Assembly: GCA_050734915.1 (NCBI GenBank)
Contig: JBOHUX010000001.1
Location: forward strand, 1 to 47,243
Source of the DNA: Candidatus Dormibacteraceae bacterium
Lineage (GTDB): Bacteria; Chloroflexota; Dormibacteria; Dormibacterales; Dormibacteraceae
Reading direction: 5' to 3'
Length of the DNA stretch: 47,243 nucleotides
The notes under the pieces were generated by a model. It did no database searches. It saw only the letters and a list, made by a program, of their open reading frames with translations, and was not told the origin of the DNA. This document shows positions 35,537-44,116 of the stretch, piece by piece; the stretch's first letter is position 1; the number at the start of each line of letters is the position of its first letter. The position numbers and the translations under genes were made by a program.

Positions 35537-36451
35537 CTACGCTCGGCCCCCCCGACGCGTCAATCTCACGTAACCGGTGCCCAGGCGGCGGACGGAGTCG
35601 CTCAGCTCGAGCGCGGTGAGCCTGGCCAGAACCTCCGAGAAGGGCAGTCCCAGGTGCCGCGCCACCTCCGCGGCGCCCAGCGGCAGGGTATCCGACAGGT
35701 GTCGAAGGATGCCGTCGCCGCCCGCGGGCCGTTCCAGGCCCAGGCTGGGGGGCGGCCGCAGGGGATCGTCCAGGACCTCCATCGTGCGGCCCAGCGCCGT
35801 GAGCACGTCGCGCGCGTTCTGGACCAGGGCCGCGCCGTCCCTCAGGAGCTGGTGGCAGCCGACGCTGAGCGGAGAGAAGACGCTCCCCGGAACGGCCATC
35901 ACCTCCCGATCCAGGCCCAGCGCCGCCTCCGCTGTGATCAGGGCTCCGCTCCCCTCCGCGGCCTCGACCACGACCACCGCATCCGACAGCGCCGCCATGG
36001 TCCAGTTCCGGCGTGGGAAGTGACCTCGCGCGGGCGGGGTCCCATCCGCGAACTGGCTGACCAGCGCCCCACCGCCGGCCAGGATCCGGCCCGCCAGCTG
36101 GGCATTGGCGGCGGGATAGACGACGTCCACCCCGGTCCCCATGACGGCGACAGTGAAGCCGCGCCCGGCCAGAGCGCCCTCGTGGGCGGCGGCGTCGACG
36201 CCGAGGGCCAGGCCGCTGATGACCACGGCGCCGGCGGCGGCAAGATCCTGGCCCAGCCGTTCGGCGACCGCCTCTCCGTAGGGGCTGGGTCGCCGAGCCC
36301 CCACGATCGCCACCCGGGGACCCGGCGGGGGCGGCCAGCAGCCACGCGCCCGCAGACCCTGCGGATCCTCGCGGCCGGCGAGGCGATCCTGCCCGGAGGG
36401 GGGTTCAGGCGGCGACATCCTGAACCCGATAGGCGAGTGCCTCCAGCGCAT
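35537..36451 (-). CDS. dprA: DNA-processing protein DprA (Smf)
   Basis: 304 aa as tracked. It shows VAIVGARRPSPYGEAVAERLGQDLAAAGAVVISGLALGVDAAAHEGAL and VEAAEGSGALITA, plus a C-terminal winged-helix-like tail. The start is either ATG 36451 or ATG 36418, and both overlap the comM 3' end. Confidence 0.85.
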   Translation of the reverse strand: MRWRHSPIGFRMSPPEPPSGQDRLAGREDPQGLRARGCWPPPPGPRVAIVGARRPSPYGEAVAERLGQDLAAAGAVVISGLALGVDAAAHEGALAGRGFTVAVMGTGVDVVYPAANAQLAGRILAGGGALVSQFADGTPPARGHFPRRNWTMAALSDAVVVVEAAEGSGALITAEAALGLDREVMAVPGSVFSPLSVGCHQLLRDGAALVQNARDVLTALGRTMEVLDDPLRPPPSLGLERPAGGDGILRHLSDTLPLGAAEVARHLGLPFSEVLARLTALELSDSVRRLGTGYVRLTRRGGRA

Positions 36452-37931
36452 GGACGGCGACTGGTTCTGTGCCCTCGAGGTCGGCCAGAGTGAGCGCGAC
36501 CCGCCACGCTCGGTGGAAGCCGCGAGCCGTCAGCCCCCGTTCCGAGGCCCAGTATTCGAGGGCCCGGCGGGCCGACGGCTCGAGCCGCGCGTGGCGGCGC
36601 AGCTCGGGGGCGCGCAGCTCCGAGTTGAGGCAGCCTTGGCGATCCAGTTGGCGCACGCGAGCCGCGATCACGCGGCGCCGGACGGCCGCCGAAGGCTCTC
36701 CTGCCGGGTCGGCCGAGAGGGCTTCCAGCGGGGGTCTGGCGACGGCGACCCGGAGATCGATCCGGTCCAGCAGGGGACCCGACAGCGATCGCTGATAGGA
36801 CTCGATCGCGGCCGGAGTGCAGCGGCAGCCGTGACGCGGATCCCCCAGCCAGCCGCACGGGCAGGGGTTGGTGGCGGCGACGAGGCTGAACCGGGCCGGG
36901 TAGGTCACCGTGCCGCCGCTCCTGGTGACGGTCACCCGGCCCTGCTCGAGGGGCTGCCGGAGAGACTGCAGGGCGCCCCGGGAGAACTCTGCCAGCTCGT
37001 CCAGGAAGAGGACCCCGCGGTGGGCACGGCTGACCTCCCCGGGCCTGGCGAGACCGCTGCCGCCGCCGATCAGGCCGGCCTGGGAAACCCCGTGATGCGG
37101 GCTCCGAAACGGGCGCTCCCACCCGATCGGCCGCCCCCTGGGCAGCTCGCCGAGGACGCTCATGACCTGGGCCACCTCCAACGACTCGTCGAGCGTCAGC
37201 GCCGGCAGGATGCCGGGCAGGCAGCGGGCGAGCATCGTCTTGCCGCTCCCCGGCGGCCCGCTCATGAGCAGATGGTGGCCGCCCGCGGCGGCGACCTCAA
37301 GCGCGCGCCGGGGCGCCTCCTGGCCGTGGATCTCCGCCATGTCCTCCGCGATCAGGGGCTCACCCGGCTCGACGATCGGGGAAGGCTGGAACGGCGCCAG
37401 CGGCCGGCTCCCGCTGAGGTGGTCGACGGCGCTGGCGAGTGTCGGACAGGCGAGCACCTCGAGGCCGGAGAGCGCCGCCTCCGGCGCGTCCTCGGCCCCG
37501 ACCATGAGGCGCCGGAAGCCCGCCCCCCGGAGCCAGCGGGCCGCCACCAGCAGCCCGTCCACATGGCGGACCGAGCCGTCCAGCGCCAGTTGCCCGAGCA
37601 GCGCCAGGGCGGGCGGGGCGGGCACCTCGAGCTCGGCGAGAGCGATCGCGGCCGCGATCGGCAGGTCGAACCCGCTGCCCTCCTTGCGGACCTCCGCCGG
37701 CGCCAGGTTGACGGTCAGGCGACGGCCTGGGAACCGCAGCCCGCTGTTCTTGATGGCGGCGCGGACGCGCTCGCGAGCCTCGCGCACCGACGCGTCGGCG
37801 AGCCCGACGAGGTGGAAGGCCGGCAGCCCGGGCGAGATGTCGACCTGGATCTCGACGAGCCTTCCCTCGAGGCCGCTGAGGAGGCATGAATGGACGGCCG
37901 CGGGCACGGCCAGGAGCCTAGGCGACCCCAC
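36405..37931 (-). CDS. comM: YifB/ComM-family Mg-chelatase-like AAA+ ATPase
   Basis: 508 aa. It has an N-terminal Lon-protease-like region (VDISPGLPAFHLVGLADASVREARERVRAAIKNSG), a Walker A motif (MSGPPGSGKTMLA) and Walker B (GVLFLDELAEF). Confidence 0.9.
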   Translation of the reverse strand: MGSPRLLAVPAAVHSCLLSGLEGRLVEIQVDISPGLPAFHLVGLADASVREARERVRAAIKNSGLRFPGRRLTVNLAPAEVRKEGSGFDLPIAAAIALAELEVPAPPALALLGQLALDGSVRHVDGLLVAARWLRGAGFRRLMVGAEDAPEAALSGLEVLACPTLASAVDHLSGSRPLAPFQPSPIVEPGEPLIAEDMAEIHGQEAPRRALEVAAAGGHHLLMSGPPGSGKTMLARCLPGILPALTLDESLEVAQVMSVLGELPRGRPIGWERPFRSPHHGVSQAGLIGGGSGLARPGEVSRAHRGVLFLDELAEFSRGALQSLRQPLEQGRVTVTRSGGTVTYPARFSLVAATNPCPCGWLGDPRHGCRCTPAAIESYQRSLSGPLLDRIDLRVAVARPPLEALSADPAGEPSAAVRRRVIAARVRQLDRQGCLNSELRAPELRRHARLEPSARRALEYWASERGLTARGFHRAWRVALTLADLEGTEPVAVHALEALAYRVQDVAA

Positions 37932-37982
37932 CGGCGGAGGCCAAGAGCGGTCGTTAAGGGGGATGGACCAGGCGGCGCGGCG

Positions 37983-38831
37983 TCAGACGGGGGCGAGGCG
38001 ATCCTCCGCCGTCCACGTGCCGTCGGCGGCGCGGTAGCCGGCCGGTGTCTCCGCCTCGTGGCTGAGGACCAGCAGCCAGCGGTGCCGGGCGGCCTCGTCG
38101 AAAAGACGCGCCTTCTCGCGCATGACCCGGCTCACGTCGAGGTCGGCCGCGAGGTTCCAGCTCACCCGCAGATGGGGAGCCATGGGGACCAGATCGCCGG
38201 TCACGACACAGGCGAGGTCGCCCTCCCCGGGACGGAAGATGGCGACCTGGTGCCCGGGCGTATGGCCGCCTGTCGCTCGCATCTCGACGCCGGGGAGAAC
38301 CTCCGCGTCGCCATCGAGGAACTCGACCAGTCCGGCGTCGGCGACGGGCACGAAATCGTCGCGGATGAAGGCCGGGTCGCTGCGCACGTCGGGCGCCAGC
38401 GCGTAGTCCCATTCGGCGCGCTGGATGAAATGCTTGGCGCGCGGGAAGGTCAGCTCGACCGCGCCCCCCGGCGCCTGCCGGGTGAGCCCGCCCGCGTGGT
38501 CCCAGTGGAGGTGCGTCGTGAGCACCACATCGACCTCGTCGGGCCTGATCCCGAGCCGGGCCAGCGACGCCAGCAACCCGTCCGGTTCGCGGAGGTCCGA
38601 CTGCCGGGCGCGCTTCTCATCGAGCTTGGTGCCGATCCCGGTCTCGCAGACGAAGACGCGGCCGCGGTGCCGCACCACCACCGCCACGCACGAGGCCTCG
38701 ATCAGGTTGCGCTCGTCGGCCGGTTTCCACCTCCCCCAGAGCACCTTGGGGATGACCCCGAACATCATCCCGCCGTCCGGCTTCCAGCGCGAGGCGACCA
38801 GCGTGTGGACCTCGAAATCGCCCAGATGCAT
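37983..38831 (-). CDS. MBL-fold metallo-hydrolase
   Basis: Uses the frame of track ORF 37983..39590, with the start placed at ATG 38831. At 282 aa it carries the canonical motif LTTHLHWDHAGG, plus GGHTPGH and VTGD. It is divergent from ku. Confidence 0.8.
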   Translation of the reverse strand: MHLGDFEVHTLVASRWKPDGGMMFGVIPKVLWGRWKPADERNLIEASCVAVVVRHRGRVFVCETGIGTKLDEKRARQSDLREPDGLLASLARLGIRPDEVDVVLTTHLHWDHAGGLTRQAPGGAVELTFPRAKHFIQRAEWDYALAPDVRSDPAFIRDDFVPVADAGLVEFLDGDAEVLPGVEMRATGGHTPGHQVAIFRPGEGDLACVVTGDLVPMAPHLRVSWNLAADLDVSRVMREKARLFDEAARHRWLLVLSHEAETPAGYRAADGTWTAEDRLAPV

Positions 38832-38927
38832 GCCAGGCGAGTGTAAGCCCGGCGTACGCGCCGGCTGCCATCCGGCCTCGAAAACCAGGCGGGAATGCGG
38901 CCGATCTTCTGTTAGCGTATTGGTGCC

Positions 38928-39776
38928 ATGCCACGCTCGAGCTGGAGAGGCTCGGTCAGCTTCGGGCTCGTCTCCATCCCCGTCCGCCTCTACCCCGCCA
39001 CGGAGTCCAAGTCGGCCGGCTTCCGGCAGCTCTGCCGGGACCACGAGGCGCGCATCCAGTACAAGCGCTGGTGCCCGGTCGGCGACCACGAGGTCCCCTA
39101 TGGCGATATCGCCCACGGCTTCGAGGTCGCGCGCGACGAGTACGTGCTGATCGAGGACGAGGATCTCGACAACCTTCCCCTGCCGACCGCGCACGCGATC
39201 GAGATCCAGGAATTCGTGCCCGCGGCCGAGATCCCCGCCGGCCTCTACTACAAGGCTCCCTACTACGTGGAGCCGGACGAGGCCGGCCGCAAGCCCTATC
39301 ACCTCCTCATGAAGGCCCTCCGCGAGACCGGGCGCGGCGCCCTCGCCAAGATCGCGCTGCGCGATCGCGAGCATCTGTGCGTCGTCCAGCCTCTGGACGG
39401 CCTGCTCCTCCTCAACACCCTCAACTGGCCGGAGGAGATCCGATCCACGGAGGGGCTCAAGAGCCTCGAGGAGGGCGCCGTGAAGGTGGACGGCCGCGAG
39501 CTCAAGATGGCGATGAGCCTCGTCGAGAGCCTCGCCGGAAGCTTCGATCCCTCCCGCTACAAAGACGACTACCGCGAGGCGCTGGGCCACGTCGTGGAGG
39601 CCAAGATGAAGGGCCAGGCGCCCGTCCGCGCCGCCGAGGCACCCGCGGAGGGGAAGGTGATGGACCTGATGGAGGCGCTCCGCGCGTCCGTGGACGCGGC
39701 CCGCAAGGAGCGTCCCCAGCGCCGGGCGGGCGCGTCACGGAACTCCTCCGGCACGGCTCACCGCAAGGCCTCCTGA
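38928..39776 (+). CDS. ku: Ku protein (bacterial non-homologous end joining)
   Basis: 282 aa. Diagnostic stretches are SWRGSVSFGLVSIPVRLYPATES, YKRWCPVGDHEV, YVLIEDEDL and YYVEPDEAGRKPYHLL. The C-terminal tail is basic. Confidence 0.9.
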   Translation: MPRSSWRGSVSFGLVSIPVRLYPATESKSAGFRQLCRDHEARIQYKRWCPVGDHEVPYGDIAHGFEVARDEYVLIEDEDLDNLPLPTAHAIEIQEFVPAAEIPAGLYYKAPYYVEPDEAGRKPYHLLMKALRETGRGALAKIALRDREHLCVVQPLDGLLLLNTLNWPEEIRSTEGLKSLEEGAVKVDGRELKMAMSLVESLAGSFDPSRYKDDYREALGHVVEAKMKGQAPVRAAEAPAEGKVMDLMEALRASVDAARKERPQRRAGASRNSSGTAHRKAS

Positions 39777-39840
39777 CCCCGCCTGACGGCCGCCGCGAGG
39801 CGGCGGACGGGCCCTCGAGGGACGGGTAAGCTTCCCTCGG

Positions 39841-40875
39841 GTGATCGGCGATCAGCTGCAGATCGATCTGGGCGGCTTCCCGACCGCGCTCCGGCCCATG
39901 CAGGCGGTCTCCGCCGAGGGCCCGTTCAGCTCGGACGAGTACCTCTTCGAGGTCAAGTGGGACGGCATGCGCTGCCTTCTCTTCGTGGCCCCCGACGGCG
40001 AGGTCTCCCTCCAGGACCGGAACCTCGGCGACGTCACGGCAGGCTTCCCGGAGCTGGCCGCGGCCTCCTCCCGCCAGGTGCCCCCGGGCACCATCCTCGA
40101 CGGCGAGGTGGTCGCCACCGACGACGAGGGCCGCCCCGACTACGACCTTCTCCGCCGGCGGCTGGAGGGGGGCCCCCGCCTCAAGGACCGCATCCCGCTC
40201 GCCTTCCTCGCCTTCGACATCCTCCACTCGGGCGGCCACTCCCTGCTCCGCCAACACCTGATCCGCCGCAAGACGAACCTCAAGCGATCGGTCACCACGG
40301 GCGGCCTGATCTTCGTCCCCGACCACATCCGCGCCGGCGGCCTCGAGCTCTTCGAGGCCTGCCTCGATCGCGGCCTCGAGGGCGTGGTGGCCAAGCACCG
40401 GCAGAGCCCCTACGTCCCCGGCCAGAGGAGCCCCCTCTGGCTCAAGGTCAAGGCCGTCCAGAGCGACGACTTCGTGGTCGTCGGCTGGACGGCGGGCGAA
40501 CCTTTCGGAGCGCTCCTGGTGGCCTACTTCGACGAGGGCCGCCTGCTGCCCTGCGGAACCGTGGGCGGCGGCTACGACCGTCACACGGCGCGCGCCCTGC
40601 GGCGGGCGCTGGAATCGCTCGAGACGCCCGACAGCCCCCTCCAGCCGGCCCCGGTGATGACCGGGTCCAGCGTCCATTGGTGCCGCCCCGAGCTGGTCAT
40701 CAGCGTTCGCTATTCGGAGTGGGCGCCCGACGGGACGCTCCGGTTCCCGATCTTCAACGGGCTGCGCCTCGACGTGCACCGGTCGGAGTGCGTCCGGCAC
40801 CAGCCCCAGCTCGTGATCACGGGCAGGGGCCGCCAGGCGTCGCCCGCCTCCTGGCTCACCCGCTTCCCCTTCTGA
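39841..40875 (+). CDS. ligD: ATP-dependent DNA ligase, LigD ligase domain only (no polymerase or phosphoesterase domain)
   Basis: 344 aa with a GTG start. Motif I is YLFEVKWDGMR. LDGEVV, FLAFDIL, LEGVVAK and LWLKVK (motif V) are also present, followed by an OB-fold segment (FVVVGWT). Confidence 0.85.
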   Translation: MIGDQLQIDLGGFPTALRPMQAVSAEGPFSSDEYLFEVKWDGMRCLLFVAPDGEVSLQDRNLGDVTAGFPELAAASSRQVPPGTILDGEVVATDDEGRPDYDLLRRRLEGGPRLKDRIPLAFLAFDILHSGGHSLLRQHLIRRKTNLKRSVTTGGLIFVPDHIRAGGLELFEACLDRGLEGVVAKHRQSPYVPGQRSPLWLKVKAVQSDDFVVVGWTAGEPFGALLVAYFDEGRLLPCGTVGGGYDRHTARALRRALESLETPDSPLQPAPVMTGSSVHWCRPELVISVRYSEWAPDGTLRFPIFNGLRLDVHRSECVRHQPQLVITGRGRQASPASWLTRFPF

Positions 40876-40919
40876 GAGCGCCACCTTCCGGCGCCGGCTC
40901 CGCGGCCTCTCAGAAGGGG
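40866..40919. terminator. 13-bp perfect inverted repeat spanning both convergent stop codons (bidirectional terminator-like)
   Basis: CCCCTTCTGAGAG (40866..40878) pairs with CTCTCAGAAGGGG (40907..40919). The 28-nt spacer contains the palindrome CCGGCGCCGG (40888..40897). Each arm contains the Phe codon plus the TGA stop of ligD or yraN. Confidence 0.5.
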
Positions 40920-41296
40920 TCGGGGATGAGCTGTGAGCTCCGCACCTCGCCGTCCGCGCCGAGGACCAGCGCGAAGACCGCGTAGGCGATCGGTCCCCGC
41001 CAGCCGGCGAGGGCCCGGTACTCGGCGGCGGCCGCCGTGAGCGCCCTCCGCTTGCGTTCGTCCACCGCCTCGGCCGGGGTGCCGAAAGCCGTGGACGAAC
41101 GTGTCTTCACCTCGACCAGCACCAGCTCCTCGCCGCGGCGGCAGACGAGGTCGATCTCCCCCTTTCGGGCCAGGAAGCCGGAGCCCACCACCCGGTAGCC
41201 GAGACGCTCGAGATGGGCGGCCGCCACCCGCTCCCCCGCCGCGCCCAGCCGGCGCCGGTGGTTCAGGTCTCCGGCGGCCGGCGGAATGGCGCCCAT
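40910..41296 (-). CDS. yraN: YraN-family (UPF0102) endonuclease-like protein
   Basis: 128 aa. GERVAAAHLERLGYRVVGSGFLARKGEIDLVCRRGEELVLVEVKTRS is the typical UPF0102 core. The tracked start overlaps rnhB by 34 nt, so the true start is uncertain. Confidence 0.8.
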   Translation of the reverse strand: MGAIPPAAGDLNHRRRLGAAGERVAAAHLERLGYRVVGSGFLARKGEIDLVCRRGEELVLVEVKTRSSTAFGTPAEAVDERKRRALTAAAAEYRALAGWRGPIAYAVFALVLGADGEVRSSQLIPDPF

Positions 41297-41943
41297 GAGA
41301 CCCGGTGGATGGGGCTCGGCCCGAGCCGGCGCAGCGCCGCCCGGTGCGAGGCGGTCGCATACCCCTTGTGCTCGGCGAAGCCGTAGCCGGGATAGAGGCG
41401 GTCGAACTCGAGCATCTCACGGTCGCGGGCGACCTTGGCCACGATCCCGGCCGCCATGATCGAGATGCAGATGGAGTCGCCGCGGACGACCGCCAGCTGC
41501 GGCAGCTCCGATTCGGGCAGATCGAACGCGTCGATGAGCAGGTACTGCGCGGCAAGCGGCAGACCGTCCACCGCGCCCGCCATCGCCCTCCGGCCGGCCA
41601 GCGTCAGGCCCACGGCGTCGATGTCGGCCGCGGGAACGCTCGCCACCGAGACCGCCACCGCCTGGCCGCGGATCAGCTCGTCGTAGCGCCGCCGCTGGGC
41701 CGGGCTGAGCAGCTTGCCGTCGCGGATGCCCGGCAGGCGGGTGCGCCAGGGCAGAACGACCGCCGCGGCCACGACCGGACCCGCCAGAGGGCCGCGGCCG
41801 GCCTCGTCCACCCCGGCCACGACCTCGAACCCCAGCTGGCGGGCGACCCGCTCCGACGCCCACAGGAAACGAGGCCGGGCCCGCCGCCTCCGCGGCGTTC
41901 GGGGCGGCCCGAGGAGGCGGGCGGGCAGGGCGGGAACGGCCAC
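41263..41943 (-). CDS. rnhB: Ribonuclease HII
   Basis: 226 aa. Diagnostic stretches are VAGVDEAGRGPLAGPVVAAAVVL, DGKLLS, IDAFD, AAGIVAKVARD and HKGY. Confidence 0.9.
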   Translation of the reverse strand: MAVPALPARLLGPPRTPRRRRARPRFLWASERVARQLGFEVVAGVDEAGRGPLAGPVVAAAVVLPWRTRLPGIRDGKLLSPAQRRRYDELIRGQAVAVSVASVPAADIDAVGLTLAGRRAMAGAVDGLPLAAQYLLIDAFDLPESELPQLAVVRGDSICISIMAAGIVAKVARDREMLEFDRLYPGYGFAEHKGYATASHRAALRRLGPSPIHRVSWAPFRRPPET

Positions 41944-41956
41944 GGCGCCAGACTAG

Positions 41957-42301
41957 CTAGCGGCGCTCCTTGATGCGAGCCCCTTTACCGATCTTCCCGC
42001 GCAGATAGTAGAGCCGGGCCTGCCGGACCTGGCCGTGTCGCACCACCTCGATCCTGTCGATCCGCGGCGAGTGCACCATGAAGGTCCGCTCGACCCCCAC
42101 GCCGTGGGAGGCCACGCGGCGGACGGTCACATTCTTCTTGAGGCCGCCTCCGGTGACGCGGAGGACGACGCCCTCGAAGACCTGGATCCTCTCCCGGGTA
42201 CCCTCGACGACCTTGGCGTGGACCCGGACGGTGTCCCCCGGCCGCAGCTCCGGCACCGAGTCCTTGAGCTGTTCTTTCTCGAGCTCGTCGATGACGTTCA
42301 T
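41957..42301 (-). CDS. rplS: 50S ribosomal protein L19
   Basis: Uses the frame of track ORF 41957..42373. The start is ATG 42301, with GGAGAGGAAGG upstream and an ATGA overlap with the trmD stop. Diagnostic stretches are [28 protein letters not shown] and [15 protein letters not shown]. Confidence 0.95.
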   Translation of the reverse strand: MNVIDELEKEQLKDSVPELRPGDTVRVHAKVVEGTRERIQVFEGVVLRVTGGGLKKNVTVRRVASHGVGVERTFMVHSPRIDRIEVVRHGQVRQARLYYLRGKIGKGARIKERR

Positions 42302-42990
42302 GCCTTCCTCTCCATGCCTGAAACGTGGGCCTGCCGGGCGCGGGTGCGCTCCTCGGCCGCGCGGCGGCGCCACTCAGTGATCTTCTGGTGATTGCCGGAC
42401 GTGAGCACCTCGGGCACGACCATGCCCCGATACTCGGCCGGCCGAGTGTACTGCGGATAGCCGACCCAGCCGCCGGCGAACGAGTCCTGCGCCAGCGATC
42501 GCGGCTCGCCCACCACCCCCGGCAGGAGCCGGGCGACGGCATCGATGACAGCCATGGCGGGGATCTCCCCGCCGCTCAGCACGTAGTCCCCGATCGACAG
42601 CTCGCGCGCCCCCAGGCCCTCGCGGACCCGGTCGTCCACCCCCTCGTATCGCCCGCAGACGATGATCAGGCCCGGCTCCCCGGCCAGTTCGCGGGCCAGG
42701 GGCTGGTTGAGAGACTCTCCCCACGGCTCCATCAGGATGACCGGCCCCCGGTTCTCGGCGCGGATCGACTCCACCGCCTCGAACAGGGGCTCCGGCTTGA
42801 GCACCATGCCCGCGCCGCCCCCGAAGGGGACGTCGTCCACCTGGCGATGGGGTCCGCGGCTGTGATCGCGGAGATCGTGCGCGTAGAGGGAGACCAGGCC
42901 GCGCTCGACGGCCCGGCCGACCACGCCCCCCTCGAAGACCGCCGCGAAGACCTTCGGGAAGATGCTGATCACGTCGAAGCGTATGCTCAT
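42298..42990 (-). CDS. trmD: tRNA (guanine37-N1)-methyltransferase
   Basis: 230 aa. Diagnostic stretches are [52 protein letters not shown] and SGNHQKI. Confidence 0.95.
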   Translation of the reverse strand: MSIRFDVISIFPKVFAAVFEGGVVGRAVERGLVSLYAHDLRDHSRGPHRQVDDVPFGGGAGMVLKPEPLFEAVESIRAENRGPVILMEPWGESLNQPLARELAGEPGLIIVCGRYEGVDDRVREGLGARELSIGDYVLSGGEIPAMAVIDAVARLLPGVVGEPRSLAQDSFAGGWVGYPQYTRPAEYRGMVVPEVLTSGNHQKITEWRRRAAEERTRARQAHVSGMERKA

Positions 42991-42998
42991 CGGGAGGC

Positions 42999-43523
42999 TC
43001 AGGCGGGCTCCATCTCGCCCACCCAGTCAGCCACCATCACCCGGCCCTCCTCGAGGCTGACGGCGAGCACCGCCTCCCTGGTGGCGGGGATCAGGTGCTC
43101 TACCCCCTCCCCGGCCCGCGTCACCCAGACATCGTTGGCGGGCCGCGGCAGCACGTCCACCAGCGGGCCCAGCGACCGCCCCGACGCCGTCGCCACCCGC
43201 AGCCCGATCAGCTGGTGGTGGTAGAAGCTGCCCGCGGGCAGCGGCCGAGCCTGCCCGGCCGGGATCTCGAGGTAGCGGCCCCGCTGACGGCCGGCCAGGG
43301 TCCGGTCGTCGAGCCCGCTCAGCTTGACGACGACGTGGCCGGCGCGGCGACGGCGGGCCCACTCGACCCGGTGGCGGTCACCCCCCAGCGCCACCTCCGC
43401 CCCCGGGGCGAACCGGTCCTCGAAGTCGGTCAGGGGCAGGACGACGACCGCGCCCTCGACCCCGAAGGCGCCCGTCAGAAGCCCCACCCTGACCGTCGCG
43501 GGGGCCCCCGCTCCCACCGTCAC
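42999..43523 (-). CDS. rimM: 16S rRNA processing protein RimM
   Basis: 174 aa with a GTG start in a GTGA overlap with the upstream KH gene stop. It shows VGLLTGAFGVEGAVVV (RimM N-domain) and a PRC-barrel-like C-terminus (FYHHQLIGLRV). Confidence 0.85.
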   Translation of the reverse strand: MTVGAGAPATVRVGLLTGAFGVEGAVVVLPLTDFEDRFAPGAEVALGGDRHRVEWARRRRAGHVVVKLSGLDDRTLAGRQRGRYLEIPAGQARPLPAGSFYHHQLIGLRVATASGRSLGPLVDVLPRPANDVWVTRAGEGVEHLIPATREAVLAVSLEEGRVMVADWVGEMEPA

Positions 43524-43741
43524 GCCAGGTCCACGAACACGCGCCTGTGCTCGCGCATGGAGGCGATCCTGATCAGCGCCCGGACCGCTTCGATGTTCCG
43601 GCCGCCCTTCCCGATCAGCTTGCCGACGTCGCCCTCGGCCATCTTGACCTTGATCGAGATCCCGCCCCGCCCGCGCTCGAAGGACTCCACCTCGACGGCG
43701 TCCGGGTCCGCGGCCACCGATCGGGCGATGAACTCGACCAT
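43520..43741 (-). CDS. KH-domain RNA-binding protein (UPF0109/YlqC-like)
   Basis: Uses the frame of track ORF 43520..43852, with the start placed at ATG 43741 because the upstream part is Arg/Asp-rich and overlaps rpsP. The sequence MVEFIARSVAADPDAVEVE...GDVGKLIGKGGRNIEAVRALI contains the KH GxxG loop. Confidence 0.75.
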   Translation of the reverse strand: MVEFIARSVAADPDAVEVESFERGRGGISIKVKMAEGDVGKLIGKGGRNIEAVRALIRIASMREHRRVFVDLA

Positions 43742-43802
43742 CGCCCGGTAGTCCAGGGCTGGACCCGGCCCCTGCTGGTCACCGTGGCCGAACCGCCGGT
43801 CG

Positions 43803-44087
43803 TCACGCCGAGGACGTCGATCCCTGCTTCCTGGACTCTGCATAGCGGTCAAGGATTCCCTCCCTCCTGAGCAAGCTCCTGGCGGTGTCGGACGGCTGGG
43901 CGCCCTTGCCCAGCCATGCGACCACCTTCTCCTCGTCGATCTTCACGGTGGCAGGCTCGGTGAGCGGATCGTAATAGCCGAGCTGCTCGATGAACCGGCC
44001 GTCCCGAGGCGACCTCGCGTCGGCCACCACCAGGCGGTAGAAGGGGCGCTTCTTCGCCCCCATCCGCCTGAGCCTGATCTTCACCAC
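43803..44087 (-). CDS. rpsP: 30S ribosomal protein S16
   Basis: 94 aa. The N-terminus [41 protein letters not shown] is diagnostic. Confidence 0.95.
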   Translation of the reverse strand: MVKIRLRRMGAKKRPFYRLVVADARSPRDGRFIEQLGYYDPLTEPATVKIDEEKVVAWLGKGAQPSDTARSLLRREGILDRYAESRKQGSTSSA

Positions 44088-44116
44088 TGGCGTCTCTCCC
44101 TCGTGAATCCGTTTGT

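Noticed and set aside
39824-39829. GGGTAA upstream of ligD, and GGGTAT (35383..35378, reverse strand) upstream of topA, as further SigB-type -10 elements.
   Set aside because: No GTTT lies 12 to 17 nt upstream in either case. GGGTAG at 2245..2240 likewise lacks a -35 partner.
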